Sequence record: GU595417
Source of the DNA: Escherichia phage UAB_Phi78
Length of the DNA stretch: 43,984 nucleotides
Direction: 5' to 3' (one strand)
Shown here: in pieces, positions 1 to 7,040 of the stretch
Numbering within the stretch: position 1 is the first letter of the stretch
Layout of the letters: each line of letters opens with the position of its first letter
Made by a program: the position numbers and the translations under genes
The notes under the pieces: model-generated
Told to the model about the DNA's origin: nothing
Seen by the model: only the letters and a program-made list of their open reading frames with translations
Databases searched by the model: none

Positions 1-280
1 TAGGCGTGTGTCAGGTCTCTCGGCCTCGGCCTCGCCGGGATGTCCCCATAGGGTGCCTGTGGGCGCTAGGGCGGCCTGAGAAGGCCTGAGAGAGTCGCTT
101 AGTGTGGGCCAAAGGGAGACCGGAGGCCGACCGAGAGCGAGCGAGAGGGACACGCGGAGGACGCTTGACAGCGTGTGCGGGCGTGGGCTATCTGTTCCTT
201 TGCTCCTCACTTCGTTTGCTCCGCTTACGCTACGCTTCACTCACGGCCTTGTGTACCTTAGGGACTTCCTTATCGTGTAC
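1..280. repeat. GC-rich left genome terminus, candidate terminal-repeat region
   Basis: Sharp GC-rich block with internal short direct repeats (cggcctcggcctcgcc; ggcctgaga twice; gagcgagcgagag) and no RBS-supported ORF, unlike the AT-richer remainder. The right end of the window does not repeat this sequence, so the extent of any terminal repeat cannot be set from this window alone. Confidence 0.4.
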
Positions 281-288
281 CTTGGGAC

Positions 289-380
289 AGTCTTAGTAAA
301 TACCTTAGTCACTTCCTTAGTAGCTTCCTTAGTGAGTAGCTTAGTGGCTATCTATTGCTGTCTTAGTGTTACCTTAGTGA
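289..380. repeat. short periodic repeat array (CCTTAGT core, about 12-bp spacing)
   Basis: CTTAGT/CCTTAGT recurs at about 291, 303, 315, 327, 340, 362 and 373, mostly 12 bp apart, with further copies at about 551 and 564. T7-type genomes are known to carry short repeat arrays next to the terminal repeat. Confidence 0.6.
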
Positions 381-520
381 TTGCATAGCTACGCTATAAG
401 ATGCGAATAGGTCGCGGTCGGTAGACCGCTAAAGAAAGAGAAGAATAATAAGATGCAGTCGGAGGAACACCAGAACACAGGCCAACCTATCCTAGCCTTG
501 TATCTATTGCTTTTTCCTTG

Positions 521-536
521 GTCCAACACGTTAGAC
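521..536 (-). repeat. dispersed 16-bp near-palindromic element (GTCTAACGTGTTGGAC family), inverted copy
   Basis: gtccaacacgttagac is the exact reverse complement of the core found at 6253, 6424 and elsewhere. Confidence 0.7.
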
Positions 537-569
537 AACCTATCTTATTCTTAGTGAGGTAACTTAGTG

Positions 570-598
570 TTGACAAGGTAGGTTTAGTGTAATACTAT
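570..598 (+). promoter_or_regulatory. candidate host sigma70 early promoter
   Basis: TTGACA (570-575), 17-bp spacer, TACTAT (593-598), upstream of the first early ORF. Confidence 0.45.
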
Positions 599-726
599 GC
601 ATCACGTAGGCGGTGCTGAGGCACCTAGTAGCCAGCTAGTAAGGCATATGAAGTGACTAGTGTCTACATTGCTCTTTAATAATCTGGTTGTGTCTCGATA
701 GGTCAACTAACAAAAGGTGAACTGTC

Positions 727-1014
727 ATGGCTTTAATTAGTATGAAGAAGTTAAACACGGGAGAGGCTCTTAACCTATTTAACTCCGAGGAGTGGGATCT
801 ATCTAAAGGTGTATATACTTGCCCTTGCTTCAAACGAAATAAGGAAACAGGTGAAGTTTTGCGTTTGCCTGATAAGGTAAAAGTAGATTACTTTATACAT
901 ATGAAAGGTAATGCTTCTCTTAACAGATTGCACATACAAAAGAGCGCAGCTAAATCTATAGCATCTTTGTTGTGTAAACAATTAAAGGATATAAAAGAGA
1001 TACCAAACTATTAA
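727..1014 (+). CDS. hypothetical early protein (95 aa)
   Basis: ORF with RBS-like aaaggtga upstream; first gene after the candidate early promoter. Confidence 0.55.
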   Translation: MALISMKKLNTGEALNLFNSEEWDLSKGVYTCPCFKRNKETGEVLRLPDKVKVDYFIHMKGNASLNRLHIQKSAAKSIASLLCKQLKDIKEIPNY

Positions 1015-1126
1015 AGATATGGTCGGCGCAAGCTGGCCTATCAAGACACAACCTAGCTCTTTAACAATTTGCTTAGTGTAACCTATGTAAGCCGTGGTTA
1101 ATTACTTATTGAATGAGGAATTAACT

Positions 1127-1306
1127 ATGACAAGACTGTACAAAGATGATTCAAGCGGCGCTTATTACACACTTTGCGGGAGGACTTTAATACTTCTCAA
1201 TGGTGCAACAGGTAGACGTCTTATCTCTTATCTTGCTACACATAGAGCATGTATACATAGTGGTTTGCAGCTAGTTGGTAATAACTTTAAGAGGAAGCAA
1301 CTATGA
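1127..1306 (+). CDS. hypothetical early protein (59 aa)
   Basis: In-frame ATG at 1127 preceded by GAGGA RBS; the track ORF 1094..1306 probably starts here. Confidence 0.4.
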   Translation: MTRLYKDDSSGAYYTLCGRTLILLNGATGRRLISYLATHRACIHSGLQLVGNNFKRKQL

Positions 1307-1482
1307 TGACCTTGAACCGTAGAGAAGCTAGCGCAGTCTTTACTATGTTGTGTTGGATGATACGTAACAACGAAATGATGACTGATGATGAGCTAGCGCT
1401 TTACCATCGCTTTCGTAATGAAGGTTGGGATGATACTGTAAACAAGGAACGCAACATACTGAAGGAGCTAATCAATGTTTAA
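1303..1482 (+). CDS. hypothetical early protein (59 aa)
   Basis: ATG overlaps the upstream stop (ATGATG / TGA), with AAGAGGAAG RBS; just under the 60-aa cutoff so absent from the ORF track. Confidence 0.4.
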   Translation: MMTLNRREASAVFTMLCWMIRNNEMMTDDELALYHRFRNEGWDDTVNKERNILKELINV

Positions 1483-1684
1483 ACACACGATATACACGCA
1501 ATGCAGCATCTCCGCAGGTCTTATGAATTGGTGGGGCAAATCTGGGATTAAGTGCTACAATCTGAATGACTCTAGCACTATGTATGAGGTTACTCTCATG
1601 AGAAGATACAACCATGATACGCTGTTATGGGTACTATCTGAATGGGGTATAGACTATGAAGATGTGATTACAGAAGAAATCTAA
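1475..1684 (+). CDS. hypothetical early protein (69 aa)
   Basis: ORF with GAAGGAG RBS, start overlapping the preceding stop. Confidence 0.5.
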   Translation: MFKHTIYTQCSISAGLMNWWGKSGIKCYNLNDSSTMYEVTLMRRYNHDTLLWVLSEWGIDYEDVITEEI

Positions 1685-1692
1685 ATTAGTTG

Positions 1693-1721
1693 TTGACAAC
1701 CACGGCTTACAAGGTTACATT
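1693..1721 (+). promoter_or_regulatory. candidate host sigma70 early promoter
   Basis: TTGACA (1693-1698), 17-bp spacer, TACATT (1716-1721). Confidence 0.4.
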
Positions 1722-1837
1722 AAGCATCAAGAAGTAAAGTTCTTTAACAAATCAGGTGAACTAAGTCGGATAGGTTAACGCATAGGAGGCTTGCGAGTAT
1801 CCTAGAGGGTAACCTAACTAACTAAGAGGATTTAATT

Positions 1838-2194
1838 ATGTCTTACTCTAACATGACTTACGCTAACGTTTATAACCACGCTTACTCCTTGCTGGATGAG
1901 TACATTCGATATGAAGATGTACGCGATTATGACGAAGCAACTGATAAGATTCATGAGGCTGCGGATAATGCGGTTCCCGTCTATTACAAAGATATTTTCT
2001 CAGTAATGGCTAGCGGTGGAATCGATCATGAATTCGAAGATTCAGGCTTAATACCGGACACTAAGGATGTGACACGCATTCTACAAGCTCGCATTTATGA
2101 GCAACTGACTATCGATCTGTATGAAGTGGTAGCAGACTTGCTTAATGAATATCTTGAAGAAGTAGAAGCTGAAGAAGACGAGGAGGAGGAATAA
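1838..2194 (+). CDS. ocr: Ocr-like DNA-mimic anti-restriction protein (T7 gp0.3 homologue)
   Basis: 118-aa strongly acidic protein. The pattern SNMTY...IRY.D.RD...[48 protein letters not shown]...[10 protein letters not shown] plus an acidic tail matches T7 Ocr as I recall it. Good RBS; early-region position. Confidence 0.75.
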   Translation: MSYSNMTYANVYNHAYSLLDEYIRYEDVRDYDEATDKIHEAADNAVPVYYKDIFSVMASGGIDHEFEDSGLIPDTKDVTRILQARIYEQLTIDLYEVVADLLNEYLEEVEAEEDEEEE

Positions 2195-2314
2195 ATGTTT
2201 GCTGGTAAGCTTTATAACTTCATGTTCTCCGATGGTATCATGCTGAAATGCTCTCTTGCTTTCGCTAAAATGCGAGAGGAGACACTTGGAACTACATATA
2301 CACTAATTATGTGA
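2195..2314 (+). CDS. hypothetical small protein (39 aa)
   Basis: ATG directly after the ocr stop, with GAGGAGGAGGAA upstream; below the track cutoff. Confidence 0.3.
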   Translation: MFAGKLYNFMFSDGIMLKCSLAFAKMREETLGTTYTLIM

Positions 2315-2325
2315 CACTATAAGAG
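2305..2325 (+). promoter_or_regulatory. degenerate SP6-type promoter-like sequence
   Basis: aattatgtgacactataagag shares the GTGACACTATA core with the SP6 consensus but diverges at flanking positions. Confidence 0.3.
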
Positions 2326-2383
2326 GCTTAACAGGTCATCCTTGCGAGGGTGACCGATTAAACCAACTTAAAGAGGTGTAAAC

Positions 2384-2539
2384 ATGAAAACTTTGATTAA
2401 TGTGCTGGCTTGCTTCCTACTTGGTTCTATCATCTTGCTTGCTAGTGCTGGCGTTAAGATTGAATCTCATCATTATGACTTTGGAACTTGCAAACATTTG
2501 ATGGTAGGCGGCGCAATGTGGCATACATGGTATGAGTGA
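2384..2539 (+). CDS. small hydrophobic (membrane or secreted) protein (51 aa)
   Basis: AGAGGTG RBS; N-terminal hydrophobic stretch LACFLLGSIILLASAG. Confidence 0.4.
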   Translation: MKTLINVLACFLLGSIILLASAGVKIESHHYDFGTCKHLMVGGAMWHTWYE

Positions 2540-2601
2540 TTAGCCTATAGCTCATTTAGTGGGCTATGTGATATTCACTTAACTAACTAAGGTAAGCAAT
2601 T

Positions 2602-3477
2602 ATGACTACTGAAAACACTGTTGTATCCGTCCGTGAAGCTGCAACTGCTGAAATCAAGGTACACTTAGATACAATTGGCACCGCCTATCTGAAAGTTGGT
2701 TCCCTCTTGAATGAACTACGCGGTGACTTTGAGAATCAACGTGACTTTCTGTCTTATGTAGAAGCTGAATTCAGCATTAAGAAGGCACAATGCTATAACC
2801 TGATGAACGTAGCGCGTTGCTTTGACGGTGACGAGCGTTTCAAAGGCGTTGCCATGCGTGTCATGCTCGCCCTTATCCCGTTCGCTGATGATGGCGCAAT
2901 CATGGATAAGGCCGCCGGACTTGCCGCTAACGGCGAACTAGACACCAAGGCCGTGAATGCACTTGTATCGCCGTCTAAGCCTGTGAAGGCTGAAGCCAGC
3001 CAATCACAAGCCGAAGACACAAAAGCCGCTGAGAAGGCCGCTCCTGTAGAATCTGAGGCATTACAAAGCGTGCCGCATGAGGTAGCACCGGAAGGCGACG
3101 AATCCGCACCGTGGGAGGATGCGCCAGCGACTACCGAGGCCGCAGCGCCTAAGCTAGATAATGCTGAGAACACCGAGAACGCGGCTATGGCTAGCCTGCT
3201 GGCGCAAATCAAGACGCTGACCGAGCAACTGACCGCAGCAAACGACCGCATCGCAGAACTGACCAGCACACGCGAGACCAAGAAGGCAGCCGCGCCTATG
3301 TTGCCTCAATTCAAATCTAAGTGCTTCTATGCTCGCTTAGGTCTGAGCGCGGAGGAGGCGGAGAAGAAAACAGCAGTTAATAAGGCTAAACGTGAACTTG
3401 TTAAGCTTGGATACGGAGAAGGTCATGAAGCTTGGGATCTGATTCAAGAGGCTGTTACCACACTTACTGAGAAATAA
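2602..3477 (+). CDS. hypothetical early protein (291 aa) with low-complexity Ala/Glu/Lys-rich centre
   Basis: Long ORF with AGGTAAG RBS-like sequence. The antisense ORF 2793..3281 is explained by its biased composition. Confidence 0.65.
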   Translation: MTTENTVVSVREAATAEIKVHLDTIGTAYLKVGSLLNELRGDFENQRDFLSYVEAEFSIKKAQCYNLMNVARCFDGDERFKGVAMRVMLALIPFADDGAIMDKAAGLAANGELDTKAVNALVSPSKPVKAEASQSQAEDTKAAEKAAPVESEALQSVPHEVAPEGDESAPWEDAPATTEAAAPKLDNAENTENAAMASLLAQIKTLTEQLTAANDRIAELTSTRETKKAAAPMLPQFKSKCFYARLGLSAEEAEKKTAVNKAKRELVKLGYGEGHEAWDLIQEAVTTLTEK

Positions 3478-3480
3478 TAG

Positions 3481-3509
3481 TTGACTTATAGAGCGTCATT
3501 AAGTAAGAT
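3481..3509 (+). promoter_or_regulatory. candidate host sigma70 promoter upstream of the RNA polymerase gene
   Basis: TTGACT (3481-3486), 17-bp spacer, TAAGAT (3504-3509), about 40 bp before the RNAP start. Confidence 0.45.
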
Positions 3510-3551
3510 GGCGCTCAATTAAGTTATCTAGCACTTAACGGAGTAAACAAG

Positions 3552-6176
3552 ATGCAAGACTTACACGCTATCCAGCTTCAATTAGAAGAAGAGATGTTTA
3601 ATGGTGGCATTCGTCGGTTCGAAGCAGACCAACAACGCCAGATTGCAGCAGGTAGCGAGAGTGACACGGCATGGAACCGCCGCCTGTTGTCCGAACTTAT
3701 TGCACCTATGGCTGAAGGTATTCAGGCTTATAAAGAGGAGTACGAAGGCAAGAAAGGTCGTGCTCCTCGCGCATTGGCATTCTTACAGTGTGTAGAAAAT
3801 GAAGTTGCAGCATACATCACTATGAAGGTAGTTATGGATATGCTGAATACTGATGTTACTCTTCAGGCTATTGCAATGAGCGTAGCGGAGCGCATCGAAG
3901 ACCAAGTGCGTTTTAGCAAGTTAGAAGGTCACGCCGCTAAATACTTTGAGAAGGTTAAGAAATCACTCAAGGCTAGCCGTACTAAGTCCTATCGTCACGC
4001 GCACAACGTAGCTGTAGTGGCTGAAAAGTCAGTAGCAGAAAAAGACGCTGACTTTGACCGTTGGGAGGCATGGCCCAAAGAGGCTCAATTGCAAATTGGT
4101 ACTACCTTGCTTGAAATCTTAGAGGGCAGCGTATTCTATAACGGTGAACCTGTATTTATGCGTGCTATGCGCACTTATGGCGGCAAGACTATTTACTACT
4201 TACAGACTTCTGAAAGTGTAGGTCAGTGGATTAGCGCGTTCAAAGAGCACGTAGCGCAATTAAGCCCAGCTTATGCTCCTTGCGTAGTCCCTCCTCGTCC
4301 TTGGAAAACCCCATTCAACGGTGGATTCCATACTGAGAAGGTAGCTAGTCGTATTCGCCTTGTAAAAGGCAACCGCGAACATGTGCGCAAGTTAACTCAA
4401 AAGCAGATGCCAAAGGTTTATAAGGCTATCAATGCCCTACAGAATACGCAATGGCAAATCAACAAGGACGTATTAGCAGTTATTGAGGAAGTGATTCGCT
4501 TAGACCTCGGTTATGGTGTGCCGTCCTTCAAGCCCCTGATTGACAAGGAGAACAAGCCAGCTAACCCTGTGCCTGTTGAATTCCAGCACCTGCGCGGTCG
4601 TGAACTGAAAGAAATGCTCTCCCCTGAGCAGTGGCAACAATTTATCAACTGGAAAGGTGAGTGTGCCCGCCTGTATACCGCAGAAACTAAGCGCGGTTCA
4701 AAGTCCGCCGCCGTTGTTCGCATGGTAGGGCAGGCCCGTAAATATAGCACCTTTGAATCCATTTACTTCGTGTACGCAATGGACAGCCGTTCCCGTGTAT
4801 ACGCGCAGTCTAGCACGCTCTCTCCGCAGTCTAACGACTTAGGCAAGGCATTACTCCGCTTTACCGAAGGACGCCCTGTAGACAGCGTAGAGGCGCTTAA
4901 ATGGTTCTGCGTGAATGGCGCTAACCTTTGGGGGTGGGACAAGAAAATTTTTGATGTACGCGTGTCTAACGTGTTGGACGAAGAGTTCCAGGATATGTGC
5001 CGCGACATCGCCGCAGACCCTCTCACGTTCACTCAATGGGCCAAAGCGGACGCGCCTTATGAATTCCTCGCATGGTGCTTTGAGTACGCTCAATACCTTG
5101 ACTTAGTAGAGGAAGGAAGGGCCGACGAGTTCCGCACACACCTGCCAGTACATCAGGACGGTTCCTGCTCCGGTATTCAGCACTATAGCGCTATGCTTCG
5201 CGATGAAGTAGGGGCCAAGGCTGTTAACCTGAAACCGTCCGATACGCCGCAGGATATTTACGGGGCGGTAGCGCAGGTTGTTATCAAGAAGAATGCGCTA
5301 TACATGGATGCAGACGATGCAACTACGTTTACTTCTGGTAGCGTAACACTGTCCGGTGCAGAACTGCGAGCAATGGCTAGCGCATGGGATAGCATTGGTA
5401 TTACCCGCAGCTTAACCAAAAAGCCAGTGATGACCTTGCCTTATGGTTCTACTCGCTTAACTTGCCGTGAATCTGTGATTGACTACATCGTAGACTTAGA
5501 GGAGAAAGAGGCGCAGAAGGCAGTAGCAGAAGGGCGGACGGCAAACAAGGTTCATCCGTTTGAAGACGACCGTCAAGACTACCTGACTCCGGGCGCAGCA
5601 TATAACTACATGACGGCATTAATCTGGCCTTCTATTTCTGAGGTAGTTAAGGCACCAATTGTAGCGATGAAGATGATACGCCAGCTTGCACGCTTTGCAG
5701 CGAAACGCAATGAAGGGCTGATGTACACCCTGCCTACTGGCTTCATCTTAGAACAGAAGATTATGGCAACCGAGATGTTACGTGTGCGTACCTGCCTGAT
5801 GGGTGATATCAAGATGTCGCTTCAGGTTGAAACGGATATAGTAGATGAAGCTGCTATGATGGGCGCAGCAGCACCTAACTTCGTACACGGTCATGATGCA
5901 AGTCACCTTATCCTTACCGTATGTGAATTGGTAGACAAAGGGGTAACTAGTATCGCGGTAATCCACGACTCTTTCGGCACTCATGCCGACAACACTCTCA
6001 CTCTTAGAGTGGCACTTAAAGGGCAGATGGTTGCAATGTATAGTGAAGGCCATGCACTTCAGAAATTACTGGACGAGCACGAAGATCGTTGGATGGTTGA
6101 TACTGGCATCGAAGTGCCTGAGCAAGGGGAGTTTGACCTTAACGAAATCATGGAATCTGAATACGTGTTTGCCTAA
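3552..6176 (+). CDS. single-subunit DNA-directed RNA polymerase (T7/SP6 type)
   Basis: 874 aa; T7-RNAP-like motifs [19 protein letters not shown] and HDSFGTH and a C-terminal ...YVFA end; 874 aa matches the known length of SP6 RNAP. Confidence 0.97.
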   Translation: MQDLHAIQLQLEEEMFNGGIRRFEADQQRQIAAGSESDTAWNRRLLSELIAPMAEGIQAYKEEYEGKKGRAPRALAFLQCVENEVAAYITMKVVMDMLNTDVTLQAIAMSVAERIEDQVRFSKLEGHAAKYFEKVKKSLKASRTKSYRHAHNVAVVAEKSVAEKDADFDRWEAWPKEAQLQIGTTLLEILEGSVFYNGEPVFMRAMRTYGGKTIYYLQTSESVGQWISAFKEHVAQLSPAYAPCVVPPRPWKTPFNGGFHTEKVASRIRLVKGNREHVRKLTQKQMPKVYKAINALQNTQWQINKDVLAVIEEVIRLDLGYGVPSFKPLIDKENKPANPVPVEFQHLRGRELKEMLSPEQWQQFINWKGECARLYTAETKRGSKSAAVVRMVGQARKYSTFESIYFVYAMDSRSRVYAQSSTLSPQSNDLGKALLRFTEGRPVDSVEALKWFCVNGANLWGWDKKIFDVRVSNVLDEEFQDMCRDIAADPLTFTQWAKADAPYEFLAWCFEYAQYLDLVEEGRADEFRTHLPVHQDGSCSGIQHYSAMLRDEVGAKAVNLKPSDTPQDIYGAVAQVVIKKNALYMDADDATTFTSGSVTLSGAELRAMASAWDSIGITRSLTKKPVMTLPYGSTRLTCRESVIDYIVDLEEKEAQKAVAEGRTANKVHPFEDDRQDYLTPGAAYNYMTALIWPSISEVVKAPIVAMKMIRQLARFAAKRNEGLMYTLPTGFILEQKIMATEMLRVRTCLMGDIKMSLQVETDIVDEAAMMGAAAPNFVHGHDASHLILTVCELVDKGVTSIAVIHDSFGTHADNTLTLRVALKGQMVAMYSEGHALQKLLDEHEDRWMVDTGIEVPEQGEFDLNEIMESEYVFA
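4964..4979 (+). repeat. 16-bp near-palindromic element embedded in the RNAP coding sequence
   Basis: gtctaacgtgttggac, translated in frame as SNVLD. Confidence 0.7.
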
Positions 6177-6194
6177 TAGATTAATAAACATACA

Positions 6195-6223
6195 GGTCAG
6201 CCTTCGGGCTGGCCTTTTCTTTC
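6195..6223 (+). terminator. intrinsic terminator after the RNAP gene
   Basis: 8-bp GC-rich stem (ggtcagcc / ggctggcc) with a UUCG tetraloop, followed by ttttctttc. Confidence 0.7.
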
Positions 6224-6252
6224 ACCTACTACTTGTAACATTTCATTAACAA

Positions 6253-6268
6253 GTCTAACGTGTTGGAC
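6253..6268 (+). repeat. 16-bp near-palindromic element
   Basis: gtctaacgtgttggac, 10 bp upstream of a promoter-like sequence. Confidence 0.7.
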
Positions 6269-6277
6269 ACGATGCGG

Positions 6278-6298
6278 ATTTAAGGGACACTCTAGGAC
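6278..6298 (+). promoter_or_regulatory. degenerate SP6-type promoter-like sequence
   Basis: atttaagggacactctaggac against the consensus atttaggtgacactatagaag. Confidence 0.35.
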
Positions 6299-6423
6299 TA
6301 ACCGTCGGAGACGGAAAGTAATAGGTAGTAATAGGAAGTAGTAGGTAAGTAAGGTAACTATAGGTTACTTAGGTTACTTCTTCCTATTACCTCCTTCTTA
6401 ATAGGGAGGGCAGACACTAGGTT

Positions 6424-6439
6424 GTCTAACGTGTTGGAC
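6424..6439 (+). repeat. 16-bp near-palindromic element
   Basis: gtctaacgtgttggac, 8 bp upstream of the promoter at 6447. Confidence 0.7.
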
Positions 6440-6446
6440 AGAACCT

Positions 6447-6467
6447 ATTTACGTGACACTATTGAAC
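6447..6467 (+). promoter_or_regulatory. SP6-type phage promoter (variant)
   Basis: atttacgtgacactattgaac; close to consensus, upstream of the HNH and primase genes. Confidence 0.55.
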
Positions 6468-6492
6468 AAGATTAAACTTTCAAGGAGGTAAC

Positions 6493-6903
6493 ATGCGTAA
6501 ATCATTAGCTCAAATGGTAGAGCAAGCAGGTTATACTATACATGCAGACGGTACTATCACAGGTAAGCGCGGAAATATCTTGAAGCCTTGGCTTCAGACT
6601 TCCGGCTATCAGGTTGTGAACATTGTGTTCAAGAAGGGAACAAGAACCACAACACTTGTGCATCGTATTATCGCAAGTAAATACTGCCCATGCTCAGATC
6701 AACTAGCTAATGATGTAAACCACAAGGACGGAGACAAGACCAATAACGTCTCCTCTAATCTGGAATGGATTACACGCAGACAGAACCGCAACCACTACCT
6801 TGGGTTTGAAGATTACATGACACTTACGGCAAACGATGCCCGTAGAAAGAACAATGAGCGTACTATCGCTCGTCGTAAATTACTTAAACAACTTAATAAG
6901 TGA
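6493..6903 (+). CDS. HNH homing endonuclease
   Basis: AAGGAGGT RBS; HNH-family motif VNHKDGDKTNN...NLEWIT; free-standing between the RNAP and primase genes. Confidence 0.8.
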   Translation: MRKSLAQMVEQAGYTIHADGTITGKRGNILKPWLQTSGYQVVNIVFKKGTRTTTLVHRIIASKYCPCSDQLANDVNHKDGDKTNNVSSNLEWITRRQNRNHYLGFEDYMTLTANDARRKNNERTIARRKLLKQLNK

Positions 6904-6913
6904 GGAATAAATC

Positions 6914-7039
6914 ATGCGTACCAACTTCGAGAAAATCCGTAAAGCTAACCGTGACTTTGACATGGAAGTTAAGGGGAAGAAGTTGAACAAAGTCAAGCGC
7001 GACCGTTCTGCTAAACGTGCGTGGATGGAGGCTGCATAA
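6914..7039 (+). CDS. hypothetical small basic protein (41 aa)
   Basis: ATG with GAGGAATAA RBS; Lys/Arg-rich; below the track cutoff. Confidence 0.35.
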   Translation: MRTNFEKIRKANRDFDMEVKGKKLNKVKRDRSAKRAWMEAA

Positions 7040-7040
7040 C

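Noticed and set aside
102-388. Two overlapping + strand ORFs (64 and 94 aa) at the extreme left end.
   Set aside because: They lie in the GC-rich terminal region and short-repeat array, have no RBS, and their length is explained by GC-rich, repeat-rich composition; T7-like genomes have no genes here.
2793-3281. 162-aa minus-strand ORF antisense to the 291-aa early gene.
   Set aside because: Antisense to a better-supported + strand ORF in a low-complexity Ala/Ser-rich region that keeps reverse frames open; no RBS, and all supported genes are on the + strand.
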